A stretch of DNA of 64,000 nucleotides from assembly GCF_039654945.1 (NCBI RefSeq), contig NW_027361974.1, forward strand, positions 1,302,001-1,366,000, read 5' to 3'. This stretch comes from Dendrobates tinctorius. Its lineage: Eukaryota. Numbering within the stretch: position 1 is the first letter of the stretch; every line of letters starts with the position of its first letter. Below the pieces are notes generated by a model, which made no database searches, was not told where the DNA came from, and saw nothing but the letters and a program-made list of their open reading frames with translations. Position numbers and translations under genes: made by a program. Below are positions 12,312 to 22,969 of this stretch, piece by piece.

Positions 12312-13592
12312 ATGCCGGGTTGGGCCTCCTCTCAATCACAGTCAGTGGCAGACCTCATCAAGGTGTCTCAGTCCCTAGTAGCCGTTCTGGACAAGTTGTC
12401 CTTGGGAGCTTCGGCGGGACCCAGCACGTCTCAGGACGTCCCATCTGAGCCAGCCAGCGGCAGTCGCAAGAGGCCCAGGCAGGACCTCCAGGCGGAGTCC
12501 TCCCCTCGTCCTACCTCACCCCATGGTCCCCAGCAGTCTCCCTCTCGGGCCTCCTCCCCCGAGTCAGGCGAAGCGCTTTTGGAATCGGAAGGGGTCTTAG
12601 AGCTGGATTCGGACCAGGATGCGAACATGAAGGTTACGGTGCAAAACCTCATTGCCGCGATTCACCATACCTTTGACATCGCTGACGCCCCTGCGAAATC
12701 CTCAGATCAGGAGGTTTCGTCCAGACGGGCGGAAACACCATCCAGGGTGTTTCCCTTCCATTCTGAGTTTGGAAAGATTTTTACAAAGGAGAGAGAAGAT
12801 CCGACCAGACGCTTTCAAAGAGGAAAGCGTCTCGGCGTGCTGTACCCGTTTGCTAAAGAGCTCACGGACAACTGGGCCGCTTCTCCCTCGGTGGACCCTC
12901 CCGTGTCCAGACTTTCTAATAATACGGTCCTTCCGCTGTCAGGTGTGGCGTCGCTAAAAGATTCTAATGATAGGATCATAGAATCTCTAGCAAAATCTGC
13001 CTTCGAAGCGGCATCAGCAGCGGTATGTCCAGTCTTTGTTTCTTCTTGGGCAGCAAAGGCCATATCCACTTGGGCAGATGACCTTCGGCAGGGCATTCTG
13101 GATAAGGCACGACCAGAGCATTTGGCCGATCTCGCCAATCAGATTTCCCATGCGGGGGATTATCTGCTTTCTGCCTCCTTGGATGCCGCATCTTGCGCAG
13201 TTCAGGCGTCAAGTAACATCGTGGCAATCCGACGTACAATTTGGCTCAAGGCCTGGCAGGCGGACTTGTCCTCTAAAAAGTCTCTGACCAATCTGCCTTT
13301 TCAGGGAGTGCGTCTCTTCGGATCACAATTGGATCAGATTATTAAGGACGCTACCGGAGGTACGAGTTCTCTTCTCCCCTCCAAGCCTCGCAGACCTCCT
13401 CCAAGGCGTCAGTTTCGTCCCTTTCGGACTTTCCGCCGTTTCAATACGGCGGAAAACCCTTCCAACCAGCAAAGGCCACAGGCACGTCGGGAAAGAAAGA
13501 AGGTTTCCTTCAGGCCCACTCCGTCCTGGCGGTCCCACTCTTCCCAGGGAAGACCGTCCAGATCTAGATCTGGACGGTCTACGTCCGCATGA
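12312..13592 (+). CDS. DIRS ORF1 (gag-like)
   Basis: 426-aa ORF with [10 protein letters not shown] / RRTIWLKAW / LPFQG..LFG motifs typical of vertebrate DIRS ORF1; true start probably upstream. Confidence 0.7.
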   Translation: MPGWASSQSQSVADLIKVSQSLVAVLDKLSLGASAGPSTSQDVPSEPASGSRKRPRQDLQAESSPRPTSPHGPQQSPSRASSPESGEALLESEGVLELDSDQDANMKVTVQNLIAAIHHTFDIADAPAKSSDQEVSSRRAETPSRVFPFHSEFGKIFTKEREDPTRRFQRGKRLGVLYPFAKELTDNWAASPSVDPPVSRLSNNTVLPLSGVASLKDSNDRIIESLAKSAFEAASAAVCPVFVSSWAAKAISTWADDLRQGILDKARPEHLADLANQISHAGDYLLSASLDAASCAVQASSNIVAIRRTIWLKAWQADLSSKKSLTNLPFQGVRLFGSQLDQIIKDATGGTSSLLPSKPRRPPPRRQFRPFRTFRRFNTAENPSNQQRPQARRERKKVSFRPTPSWRSHSSQGRPSRSRSGRSTSA

Positions 13593-13608
13593 CTACCATC
13601 GGTCTCCC

Positions 13609-15352
13609 GTGGGTCCCTTCCAATTGGGAGGTCGACTTCTCTTCTTCAGCGACGTCTGGCTCGCCTCAGTAGAGGACGCTTGGGTCAGAGAGGTATCAAC
13701 AGGATACAAAATAGAGTTCATTTCTCTTCCACGGGATCGTTTCTTACAATCCCGTCCGCCGAGGGATCCGGCCTTGGTCCCGGGGTTCGGTTCGGCCATC
13801 GCCTCGCTTCTCAGTTCCGGGGTGATTGTGCCCGTTCCCGAATCGGAACGCTTCACAGGGTTTTATTCAAACCTGTTTGTGGTGCCGAAAAAGGACGGGA
13901 CAGTTCGACCCATCTTGGATCTCAAGTTACTCAACAAGAGAGTTCGCCTTCGCCACTTCTGGATGGAGTCAGTTCGCTCGGTAATTGCTTCCATGGAGGA
14001 GCAGGAATTCATGGGTTCCATAGACATCCAAGATGCCTATCTACATGTGCCCATATTTCCCGGACATCAGAAGTTCCTGCAGTTTGCGATTCTTCACGAA
14101 CATTACCAGTTAGTCGCGCTTCCTTTTGGGCTCGCCACCGCTCCCAGAGTCTTCACGAAGATTATGGCGGCGTTGATGGCCTTGTTGAGGATCAGAGGTC
14201 TCGTTCTTTTTCCGTACCTCGACGATATCCTGATCAAGGCCCCCCTTCCTTTCAACAGGCCTGCCTAAGTGTGGCGATCGTTCTAGACACCCTGGCCAGT
14301 TTTGGGTGGATCGTCAACCGGGAAAAGTCCTGTCTGGTCCTTAACGCCTTGTGTTTCTGGGCCTTCTGTTCGACACTCGTCGGTCAAGGGTATTTCTCCC
14401 ACAAGACAAGATTCTTTCCCTGCAGCAGGGCGTGCGATCATTACAGATCACACGATTTCCATCCCTCAGGACAGCCATGAGGGTCCTGGGGAAGATGGTG
14501 GCGGCGATAGAGGCAGTTCCCTTTGCCCAATTTCACGCCAGGCCACTCCAGCAGGCCATTTTGTCCAGGTGGAACAGGTCGGCTCTGTCTCTGGATCGTC
14601 CGATTCGCCTTTCCTGCCGGATCAGGCGGTCTGTCAACTGGTGGTTGACGTCTCCCCTCATTCTCTTGGGGCGGTCTTTTCTTCCCGTTCACTGGCAGAT
14701 TGTCACTACGGACGACAGCCTCATCGGCTGGGGTGCAGTGTTCCGCAATCACACTGTTCAGGGTCGATGGTCGACTCAGTAATCAGCTCTGCAGATCAAT
14801 GTCCTAGAGATACGGGCGATCCATCTAGCTCTCGTCCACTGGGAAAGGCGCCTCAAGGGCCTGCCTGTCAGGATTCAGACAGACAATGCCACAGCGGTGG
14901 CGTATATCAACCGCCAAGGGGGGACACGGAGTGTCTCAGCCCTGGCGGAAGTGTCCAGAATTCTTCAATGGGCAGAGACCTTTGTTCCATCGGTTTCCGC
15001 GGTTCACATTTCCGGCGTGGACAACTGGGCCGCCGATTTCCTCAGCCGCGAGGGTCTCGCGGCAGGGGAATGGTCCCTACATCCGGAGGTGTTTCATCTG
15101 CTCTGCCGTCGGTGGGGAACCCCGGATGTAGACCGCATGGCATCTCGCCTCAACAGGAAAGTCCCACAATTCGTGTACATGTCTCGGGACCCTCTGGCAG
15201 TGGGCGCCGACGCTCTGGCCGTCCCTTGGTCACAGTTCGTGCTCCCCTACCTGTTCCCTCCTCTGTCTCTTCTTCCCAAGTTGTTGAAGAAAATCAAAGC
15301 AGAGGGGATTCCAGTCATCCTCATCGCCCCGAATTGGCCCAGAAGGTCTTGA
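13609..15352 (+). pseudogene. DIRS RT/RNase H/methyltransferase-like ORF, frameshifted
   Basis: [30 protein letters not shown]; frameshifts near 14240-14350; in-frame TAA at 14780; later TTD.S..GWG, TDN.TA.AYIN and YLFPP motifs. Confidence 0.85.
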
Positions 15353-15362
15353 TTCGCAGACA

Positions 15363-16492
15363 TTGTCAACCTTCTCGCGGACGCCCCCTGGAAGCTTCCC
15401 GACGGGCAGATCTGCTGTCTCAAGGCCCGATTTGCCACTCCAATTCTCGGTCGCTCAATTTAACGGCGTGGCTGCTGAGACCGAGATTTTGAGACGGGCA
15501 GGATTCTCTGATCGGGTAATTCATACCATGATCCGCGCCAGAAAGCCTCCTCCTTCGAAGATCTATTACCGTACTTGGAAAGCCTATTTCTCCTGGTGTG
15601 AGGCCAATGACATCGCGCCCTTGGTTTTTTCACTCCCTTCTATTCTGGCGTTTCTTCAGGCAGGGCTGGATGCGGGGCTTGCTCTCAGTTCCTTGAAGGG
15701 TCAAGTTTCGGCACTGTCCATTTTATTTCAGAAAACGCTGGCCTCCCGGCCTTAGGTCAAAACCTTCCTCCAGGGTGTGGCTCACACGGTTCCTCCGTAC
15801 CGAGCTCCCGTGGATCCTTGGGATCTTAATTTGGTTCTTCAGGTTCTGCAGGGTCCTCCTTTTGAACCTCTCAGGGACGTTTCCCTTTCCCTCCTTTCTT
15901 GGAAAGTGGCCTTTTTGGTGGCCATTACCTCCATCCGGCGCGTGTTGGAATTAGCGGTACTTTCTTGCCGCTCTCCTTTTTTGGTCCTTCATCAGGACAA
16001 GGTAGTTCTGCGGCCTCCGCCCTCTTTTCTTCCGAAGATGATATCTTCGTTTCACCTCAATGAGGACATTGTTCTGCCATCCTTCTGCCCAAGCCCAGCT
16101 CACCCTCGGGAGCGGTCTTTGGACAAGCTGGACCTAGTCAGGGCATTGAGAGTCTATCTAGCCCGGACGACTTCCTTGCGGAAGTCAGACTCTCTGTTCA
16201 TCACCCAGCCTCAAAGGCCACTATTGCGCGCTGGATCAGATCGGCAATTTTGGAGGCATACCGGGTCAAGCATCGAGTGGCCCCTCCAGGGATCAGAGCG
16301 CACTCTACCCGGGCGGTGGGTGCCTCCTGGGCGGTGCGCCACAGAGCTTCCGCGCTGCAGCTTTGCAAGGCTGCAACGTGGTCATCGGTTCACACCTTTG
16401 TGAAATTCTACAGGGTCCACACCTATGCTTCGGCGGACGCCAGCCTAGGTAGAAGGATTCTGCAGGCTGCGGTGGCGAGTCCACTGGCCTGA
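15363..16492 (+). pseudogene. DIRS tyrosine recombinase, disrupted
   Basis: ITSIRRV..L and AHSTRAVGASWA..ATWSS.HTFVKFY split across ORFs by a stop (15753) and a deletion/frameshift (~16205). Confidence 0.82.
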
Positions 16493-19392
16493 TGGAAGTT
16501 TGTTTCCCACCCCAGGGACTGCTTTGGGACGTCCCATGGTCTCTGTGTCCCCCAATAAGGCGAACGAGAAAACAGGATTTTTTGGGTTGCTTACCGTAAA
16601 ATCTGTTTCTCGGAGCCTTCATTGGGGGACACAGCACCCTCCCATGTTCTACAACTCCTGTTCTTATGTTTGTCGGTTTGTTACAGTTGAGTTGTTTGTT
16701 CTGCTTTCAATCTATTCTGTTACTTCTCCTACTGCTTTCTCACTAACTGAGGAACTTCCTGCCGGTCGGTGGGGTGTACACTGCGGAGGAGGAGCTAACC
16801 ATTTTTTGTGCATAGTGTCAGCCTCCTAGTGGCAGCAGCATACACCCATGGTCTCTGTGTCCCCCAATGAAGGCTCCGAGAAACAGATTTTACGGTAAGC
16901 AACCCAAAAAATCCTGTTTTTACCCCCATATATAGGGTATCAGCCTACTCAGGACAAATTGCAAAACAACTTTTGGGGTCCAATTTCTCCTGTTACCCTT
17001 AGGAAAATAAAAAATTGGCAAAAATATCTTTTGTGGAAATAAATGATTTTTTTATTTTCACGTCCGGGCGTTATAAACTTCTGTGAAGCACTTGGGGGTT
17101 CAAAGTTCTCACCACACATCTAGATAAGTTCCTTAGGGGGTCTAGTTTTCAAAATGGGGTCACTTGTGGGGAGTTTGAATAGTTTAGGTACATCAGGGGC
17201 TCTCCAAACGCACATGACACATGCAGACCATTCCATCAAAGTCTGCATTCCAAAACGTCACTGCTTCCCTTCCGAGACCCGACGTGTGCCCATACAGTAG
17301 TTTTCTCCCACATATGGGGTGTCAGCGTACTCAGGACAAATTGGACAACAACTTTTGGGGTCCAATTTCTCCTGGTACCCTTGGGAAAATAAAAAAATTG
17401 GAGACTAATTGATCATGTTTGTGGAAAAAATACGATTTTTTTATTTTCATGCCTGGGCATTATAAACTTCTGTGAAGCCCTTGTGGGTTCAAAGTTCTCA
17501 CCACACATCTAGATAAGTTCCTTGGGGGGGGTCTAGTTTCCAAAATGGTGTCATTTGTGGGGGGTTTCCACTGTTTTGGTACATCAGGGGCTTTCCAAAC
17601 GCGACATGGTGTCCGATCTCAATTCCAGCCAAAAACGTCAAATGGCGCTGCTTCCATTCCGAGCTCTGCCATGCGCCCATATAGTGGTTTACCCCCACAT
17701 GTGGGGTATCAGCGTATTCAGGACAAATTGCACAATAACTTTTAGGGTCCTGTTACCCTTGGAAAAATAAAAAATTGGGGGTGAAAAGATCATTTTTGTG
17801 GAAAAAATATGAGTTTTTAATTGTACCGCTGTACTTTATAAACTTCTGTGAAGCCCTTGTGGGTTCAAAGTTCTCACCACATATCTAGATAAGTTCCTTG
17901 GGGGGTCTAGTTTCCAAAACGGGGTCACTTGTGGGGGGTTTCCACTGTTTAGGTACATCAGGGGCTCTCCAAACGCGACATGGCGTCAGATCTGAATTCT
18001 AGCCTATTTTGCATTGAAAAAGTCAAACGGCGCTCCTTCCATTCTGAGCTCTGTCATGTGCGGAAACAGTGGTTCCCCCCACATATCAGGTAACAGCGTA
18101 CTCAGGATAAATTGCACAATAACTTTTGCAGTCCAATTTCTCCTGTTACCCTTGATAAAATAAAAAAAATTGAACCTGAAGTATTTTTTTTGTGAAAAAG
18201 TTAAATGTTCATCTTTTTTTAAATATTCAAAAAAATTCCTGTGTAGCACCTGAAGGGTTAATAAACTCCTTGAATGTGGTTTTGAGCACCTTAAGGGGTG
18301 CAGTTTTTAGAATGGTGTCACTTTTAGGTATTTTCTATCATATAGACCCTTCAAAGTGACTTCAAATGTGATGTGGTCCTAAAAATAAAATGGTGTTGCA
18401 AAAATGAGAAAAAGCTGGTCAACTTTTTAACCCTTAACAAAAAAATTTTGGTTCCAAAATTGTGCTGATCTAAAGTAAACGTGGGAAATGTTACTTATCA
18501 AGTTTTGTGTGCCGTATCTCTGATTTAAGGGCATAAAAATTCAAATTTGGAAAATTGCGAAGTGTCAATTTTCGCCAATTTTCCGTTTTTTTCACAAATA
18601 AACGCAAGTTATATGAATTAAATTTTACCACTAACATGAAGTACAATATGTCACGAGAAAACATTGTCAGAATCACCGGGATTCATGGAAGCGTTCCAGA
18701 GTTATGACCTCAGAAAGGGACAGTGGTCAGAATTGTAAAAATTGGCCCGGTCATGAACGTGCAAACCACCCTTGGGGGTGAAGGGGTTAAAAGAAATCGC
18801 TAAATAAATTGGCAAAAAAAAACAAAAGTACACATTTGGTATCGCCGCGTCCATAACGACCCGCCCTATAAAACTGTCCCATTAGTTAACCCCTTTAACA
18901 AAGCCCTTAAAAAAAAAATAAAAAAACTAAGCAATTTTTTGCGATTCCGCCGCGGAAAAAAGCGCAGCATTAGCACAGCATGTGCGGAATGCATGGGGGG
19001 GGGCGTTCTGTACACGATTTTTAAACGTTTTCGCGCCGAAAATCGCTTTAAAATCGCTGCGTGGGCACACAGCCTCACAGAAGTTTATAACTCAGAGCCG
19101 TGAAAACAAAAAAAAAAAAAAACTTTTTTTCACAAAAAATTTTTTTTTAGCCCCCAATTTTTTTATTTTCCCAAGGGTAACAGGAGAAATTAGATTCCCA
19201 AAGTTGTTGTGCAATTTTTCCTGAGTACGCTGATACCCCATATGTGGGGGTAAACCACTGTTTGGGCACACGTCAGGGCTCGGAATGGAGAGTGCTGTTT
19301 GACATTTTGAACGCAAAATTGGCTGGAATAAATCGTGGCGCCATGTCGCGTTCGGAGACCCCGTGATGTGCCTAAACAGTGGAAACCCCCCA

Positions 19393-20195
19393 ATTCTAAC
19401 TCCAACTCTAACCCCAACACACCCCTAACCAAACCCAAATAATAACCCTAACCACAACCCTAACGCCAACACACCCCTAACACTAATTCCAGCCCTAACA
19501 CTAACCCTAATTTTACCCCTAATTCCAACCCTAAGGCCGGCGTCACACTAACCTGCGCAAAATACTGTCAGTATTTTACATGCGTAATACGGATGAATGA
19601 CCCCTAAACAGTGCTCCGTATGTCATCCGTAATCAAGGTGTGGTCGCGTATTTTGCGCATGTAAGCATCCGTATGGCGAGATTTTCTCGCAGGCTTGCAA
19701 AATGGACATATAATGGAGCCCTATGACAGGGTTTCTATCAGAAATGAAATAGATAGAGAATACATATATATATTCTCTATGTGTCTATATCTATTCTTTC
19801 TTTATTAAAACTGTCAGTGTGAGTTTACTGTATCGCGCACTGAATTGCCGGCTTTGCTAAAAGACACCGGGTGCGTATTGCTCGCAAGTCACATGTGTGG
19901 TCCGTGTGTAATCTGTATTTTTTGCGCACCCATAGACTTGCATTGGCGTATTACGGGTGTAGTACGCTGACAGTCGCAGCATGCTGCAAGTGGCACGGAG
20001 CGTAGGATACGGATGAGACATATACGCCTGGTGCGAGGGACCCCATAGAGAATCATTGGTCCGTGTCTAATGCGTGCTTTTAGTGCCTCTCACTCGCCCG
20101 TATTCCTCGCCAGTGTGACCCCGGCCTAACCCTAATTTTAGCCCAAACCCTATCTGTAACCCTAATTCCAACCCTAACCTTAGTTTGAACCCTAA
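19393..20195. repeat. Degenerate telomere-like (CCCTAA)n tract interrupted by a MITE
   Basis: CCCTAA variants at 19393-19534 and 20127-20195; reverse TTAGGG variants at ~10841-10878. Confidence 0.6.
19535..20126. mobile_element. PIF/Harbinger-like MITE
   Basis: TIRs GGCCGGCGTCACACT / AGTGTGACCCCGGCC; TAA TSD on both sides. Confidence 0.78.
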
Positions 20196-21316
20196 ATGGA
20201 AAAAAAATTTTTATATTATTTGCGCCTGGCTATGGGGGTGATAAAAGGGGGGTGTATTTGCTTTTTTTTTTCATTTTGATCACTGTGAGAGTGTATCACA
20301 GTGATCAAAATGAAAAATGAACGGGCAACCGGCAAATTCATGGGCGCCGCCATCTTGGACAATGACGGCGCCCATGATCCGGACGCTGGGAGCCACGGCG
20401 GGACACCGGGAGCACCATCGGAGGTCCCGGGGGGATCGGAAGGTGGGAGGGAGCAGATGACAGCGGCAACCGATCGCCGCCGTCCATCGGTGGCGGGGGC
20501 CAATCAGCCCCACCAGTCGTGTGTGTGTGTGTGTGTGTGTGGGGTCAGGTGTCAGTGTCCAGCCATGTCCGATGCTATTGCAGCATCGGCCATGGCTGGA
20601 TTGTAATATTTCACCAAATTTCATTGGTGAAATACTACAAATCGCTCTGATTGGCTGTTTCACTTTTAACAGCCAATCAGAGTGATCGTAGGCACGTGGG
20701 GGCTAAGCCACGCCCCCTGGGATTAACTGTAGAGTCCTCTGTGTGCGGGTCGGGTGACCTTTCAGTGACCCCGGTCACCCGACCCGCATGGGGGCTATTT
20801 ATAGCATGACGCCTACGTAGGCGTCATGGGTCGTGAAGGGGTTAAGTGGTGAGTTTTTTTCACCACTTATAGAACCTAGACCTGTTTGGTGTCTATGAAC
20901 TCGTAATGACCTGGAGAATCATAATGGCAGGGCAGTTTAAGCATTTAGTGAACATAGTAAAAAGACTGAAATGACACATTTTTGCAATTTTACCACACTT
21001 GGAACTTTTTTTTCCCCATTTTCCAGTACACGGTATGTTAAGACTGATGGTGAAGTTCAATAGTACAACTCGTCCTGCAATAAACAAGGCCTCACACAGC
21101 CATAATGACGGGGGGAGGGGGGGGAAAAGTTATGGCTCTGCAAAGAATGGGAGCAAAAAACGAAAATGCATTTGGTCTAGTTGACCCCTAGCAGTATACG
21201 CTGCATCTGAGTTTTCTATCCGCCATCGCTTGGAAGCAGAAGTACCTACAACAACTTCTTCTTCCTGGAGTACAACCCCCAACATCCCCAGTAAAGCAGC
21301 AGATTCTGTCACGTCT

Positions 21317-21322
21317 TTTATT
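21317..21322 (-). terminator. Putative ANKRD27 polyadenylation signal
   Basis: AATAAA on the minus strand ~1.2 kb after the stop. Confidence 0.45.
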
Positions 21323-22504
21323 GTGTTTAGTATTTGGCACAGGTGAAAGGCACGTCAGAAAAACTCCGCATCCATAAATTATGTAGAAAAATAGACATTT
21401 CATCCACTAGTGAACGGGACCAACCCAGGAACTCTCCAATCCTGTGCCCATAGGAGGAAGTGACGGGGAGATTGGTAGGGAATCAGTCCACATCATACAA
21501 CACTTCACCAGATCAGTTGTTAAAAATTGCGGCAATACCATAAAGCATGGGCAACATCAATGTGACAAGTGGCACGGAGATGAGAAGCACTGAAGGATAA
21601 AGTCTGCCCCAGCGGGGATGAGTAGGAGCTGGCACAGAGCTACGAGTGATCTGCAAAGTCTGGTCTGTTGCTCCACCACTTGTATGTCTAATTCATTCCT
21701 GTGATTGTGATCAATGTGAATAGATCTATAACACACATATAAGCCAGCGACAGTATGGCTCCACCGCCACCGTCCACTACACACACAGCCTAGCCGGCAG
21801 TAGTACGGCTTCACCGTCACTGCACAGCCCAACCAGCGATGGTACGGCTCCACCCTTACTGTCCGTTGCATGCAGCCTGACCGGCGATGGTACGGCTCCA
21901 CCATTATAGACGTTGCACGGCCGCTGAAGCATCAGTAGTAACTAGTGGACTTTCTAGCAAGACCCCCTATAATGGATGAAAGCAGCAGCCCATCCCACAT
22001 CCTTAAAAGGTTATAAAAAAAAAAAAAAGTGAAATTGTATTAAACGCCTGGAAACCTCTTACAATGATCCCATCACTGCCGACAATAAGGAACTTCCTGC
22101 CCAATTACCAAATTGTGTGATTGCACCCTGGGTGTGATACCAGTGATAAATTAATGTGGAAAGAATTGGGCTATGGGGAGGGGGGATAAAAGTGACTATG
22201 GCGACAGGTGATTTTTCGTTTTGGAGGAATTATAAACTACAGGGAAACTCCGATTAAGGGAAAAATAAAACACCCTGCAAAAAGGGAGAATGCTGAGAGT
22301 ATCGGAGCAAGGCCCGACCTGGCTGGAGTCAGCGGTCCTCACGTTTCTGATCTTTCGCTTCCGTCGGGTGGGGGTGCGCGTACACTGACCGCTCTGTGAC
22401 CGGTGTGTGGTAGAGTGACACATTCACTGGACGATGTCACATACAGCAGAGGGGTCCCGATCGCTCGGCTCAGACCCCACAACACATAGCAGCTATGATC
22501 TCCG

Positions 22505-22969
22505 TTAAGCCCGACCAGTACCGACAGCAGCGGGGTCTTCCTGTCCTGAAGTGTCACAGCGGCCCGGGCTGCAAGAGTCAATCACAGACCACGATGACTC
22601 CACGACCAGAGTGCAGGCTACACAAGAGCAGTCCGGACCCCCGGAGCAGTCCAGGTCCTCCAGCTTCGCGGTATCGGGGGCAGCGGCTGCACCTTTCAGG
22701 CAGTGGATTTCAGACAGCTCCTCTTCCCTTTCCAGGTCGCAGGTTTTGGAGAGCGGAGAGCCAATATCTGTCCTGTTCGGAGAGTCGCTGATGTCGCTTA
22801 CGCTCTCGTCAGTGTCCGTTCCGCACGCTACGTGCAGGCTGTGCCTCCTGGCGGAGTATACGGCCCTTAGAGCGGAGCCCAACTCATCTTTTCCACCTCC
22901 TATGAATTCGGCGCAACTCCGGGTGCCATCTGGATTCAGAGTCCCGTCCTCCCGTCTTTGGATGGAGAG
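22505..22969 (-). CDS. ANKRD27: ANKRD27 exon 29 (last, coding part)
   Basis: cgcag|CTC TCC ATC..., open to TAA at 22505; phase 0 matches exon 28. Confidence 0.75.
   Translation of the reverse strand, partial: LSIQRREDGTLNPDGTRSCAEFIGGGKDELGSALRAVYSARRHSLHVACGTDTDESVSDISDSPNRTDIGSPLSKTCDLEREEELSEIHCLKGAAAAPDTAKLEDLDCSGGPDCSCVACTLVVESSWSVIDSCSPGRCDTSGQEDPAAVGTGRA

Larger units (their letters stand above)
11023..16920 (+). mobile_element. DIRS1-type tyrosine-recombinase retrotransposon, full length, ORFs disrupted
   Basis: Near-identical inverted terminal repeats (~11038-11161 / ~16745-16868); internal complementary region ~16533-16634; gag-like, RT (YLDD), RNase H, MT-like and YR (HSTR...Y) coding segments; no TSD. 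Confidence 0.93.
9484..18786 (+). mobile_element. Non-autonomous piggyBac-type element with internal ~380-bp tandem repeats, interrupted by a DIRS
   Basis: TTAA at 9480-9483 and 18787-18790; CCCCTT/AAGGGG ends; host copy resumes after 18790; marker ATAAACTTCTGTGAAGC recurs at ~17073, 17462 and 17838. Confidence 0.75.
8604..21170. mobile_element. Nested cluster of non-autonomous TTAA-CCCCTT...AAGGGG-TTAA (piggyBac-type) elements
   Basis: TTAACCCCTT starts at 8600, 8950 and 9480; AAGGGGTTAA ends at 18790 and 20845; 8954-9480 is duplicated at 9484-10010; 20880-21170 is the reverse complement of part of the 23264-24550 element. Confidence 0.75.

Noticed and set aside
11023-16920. DIRS-1 as an active autonomous copy
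   Set aside because: Multiple frameshifts and stops in RT/RNase H and YR despite near-identical ITRs; some indels could be sequencing errors, but there are too many to assume so
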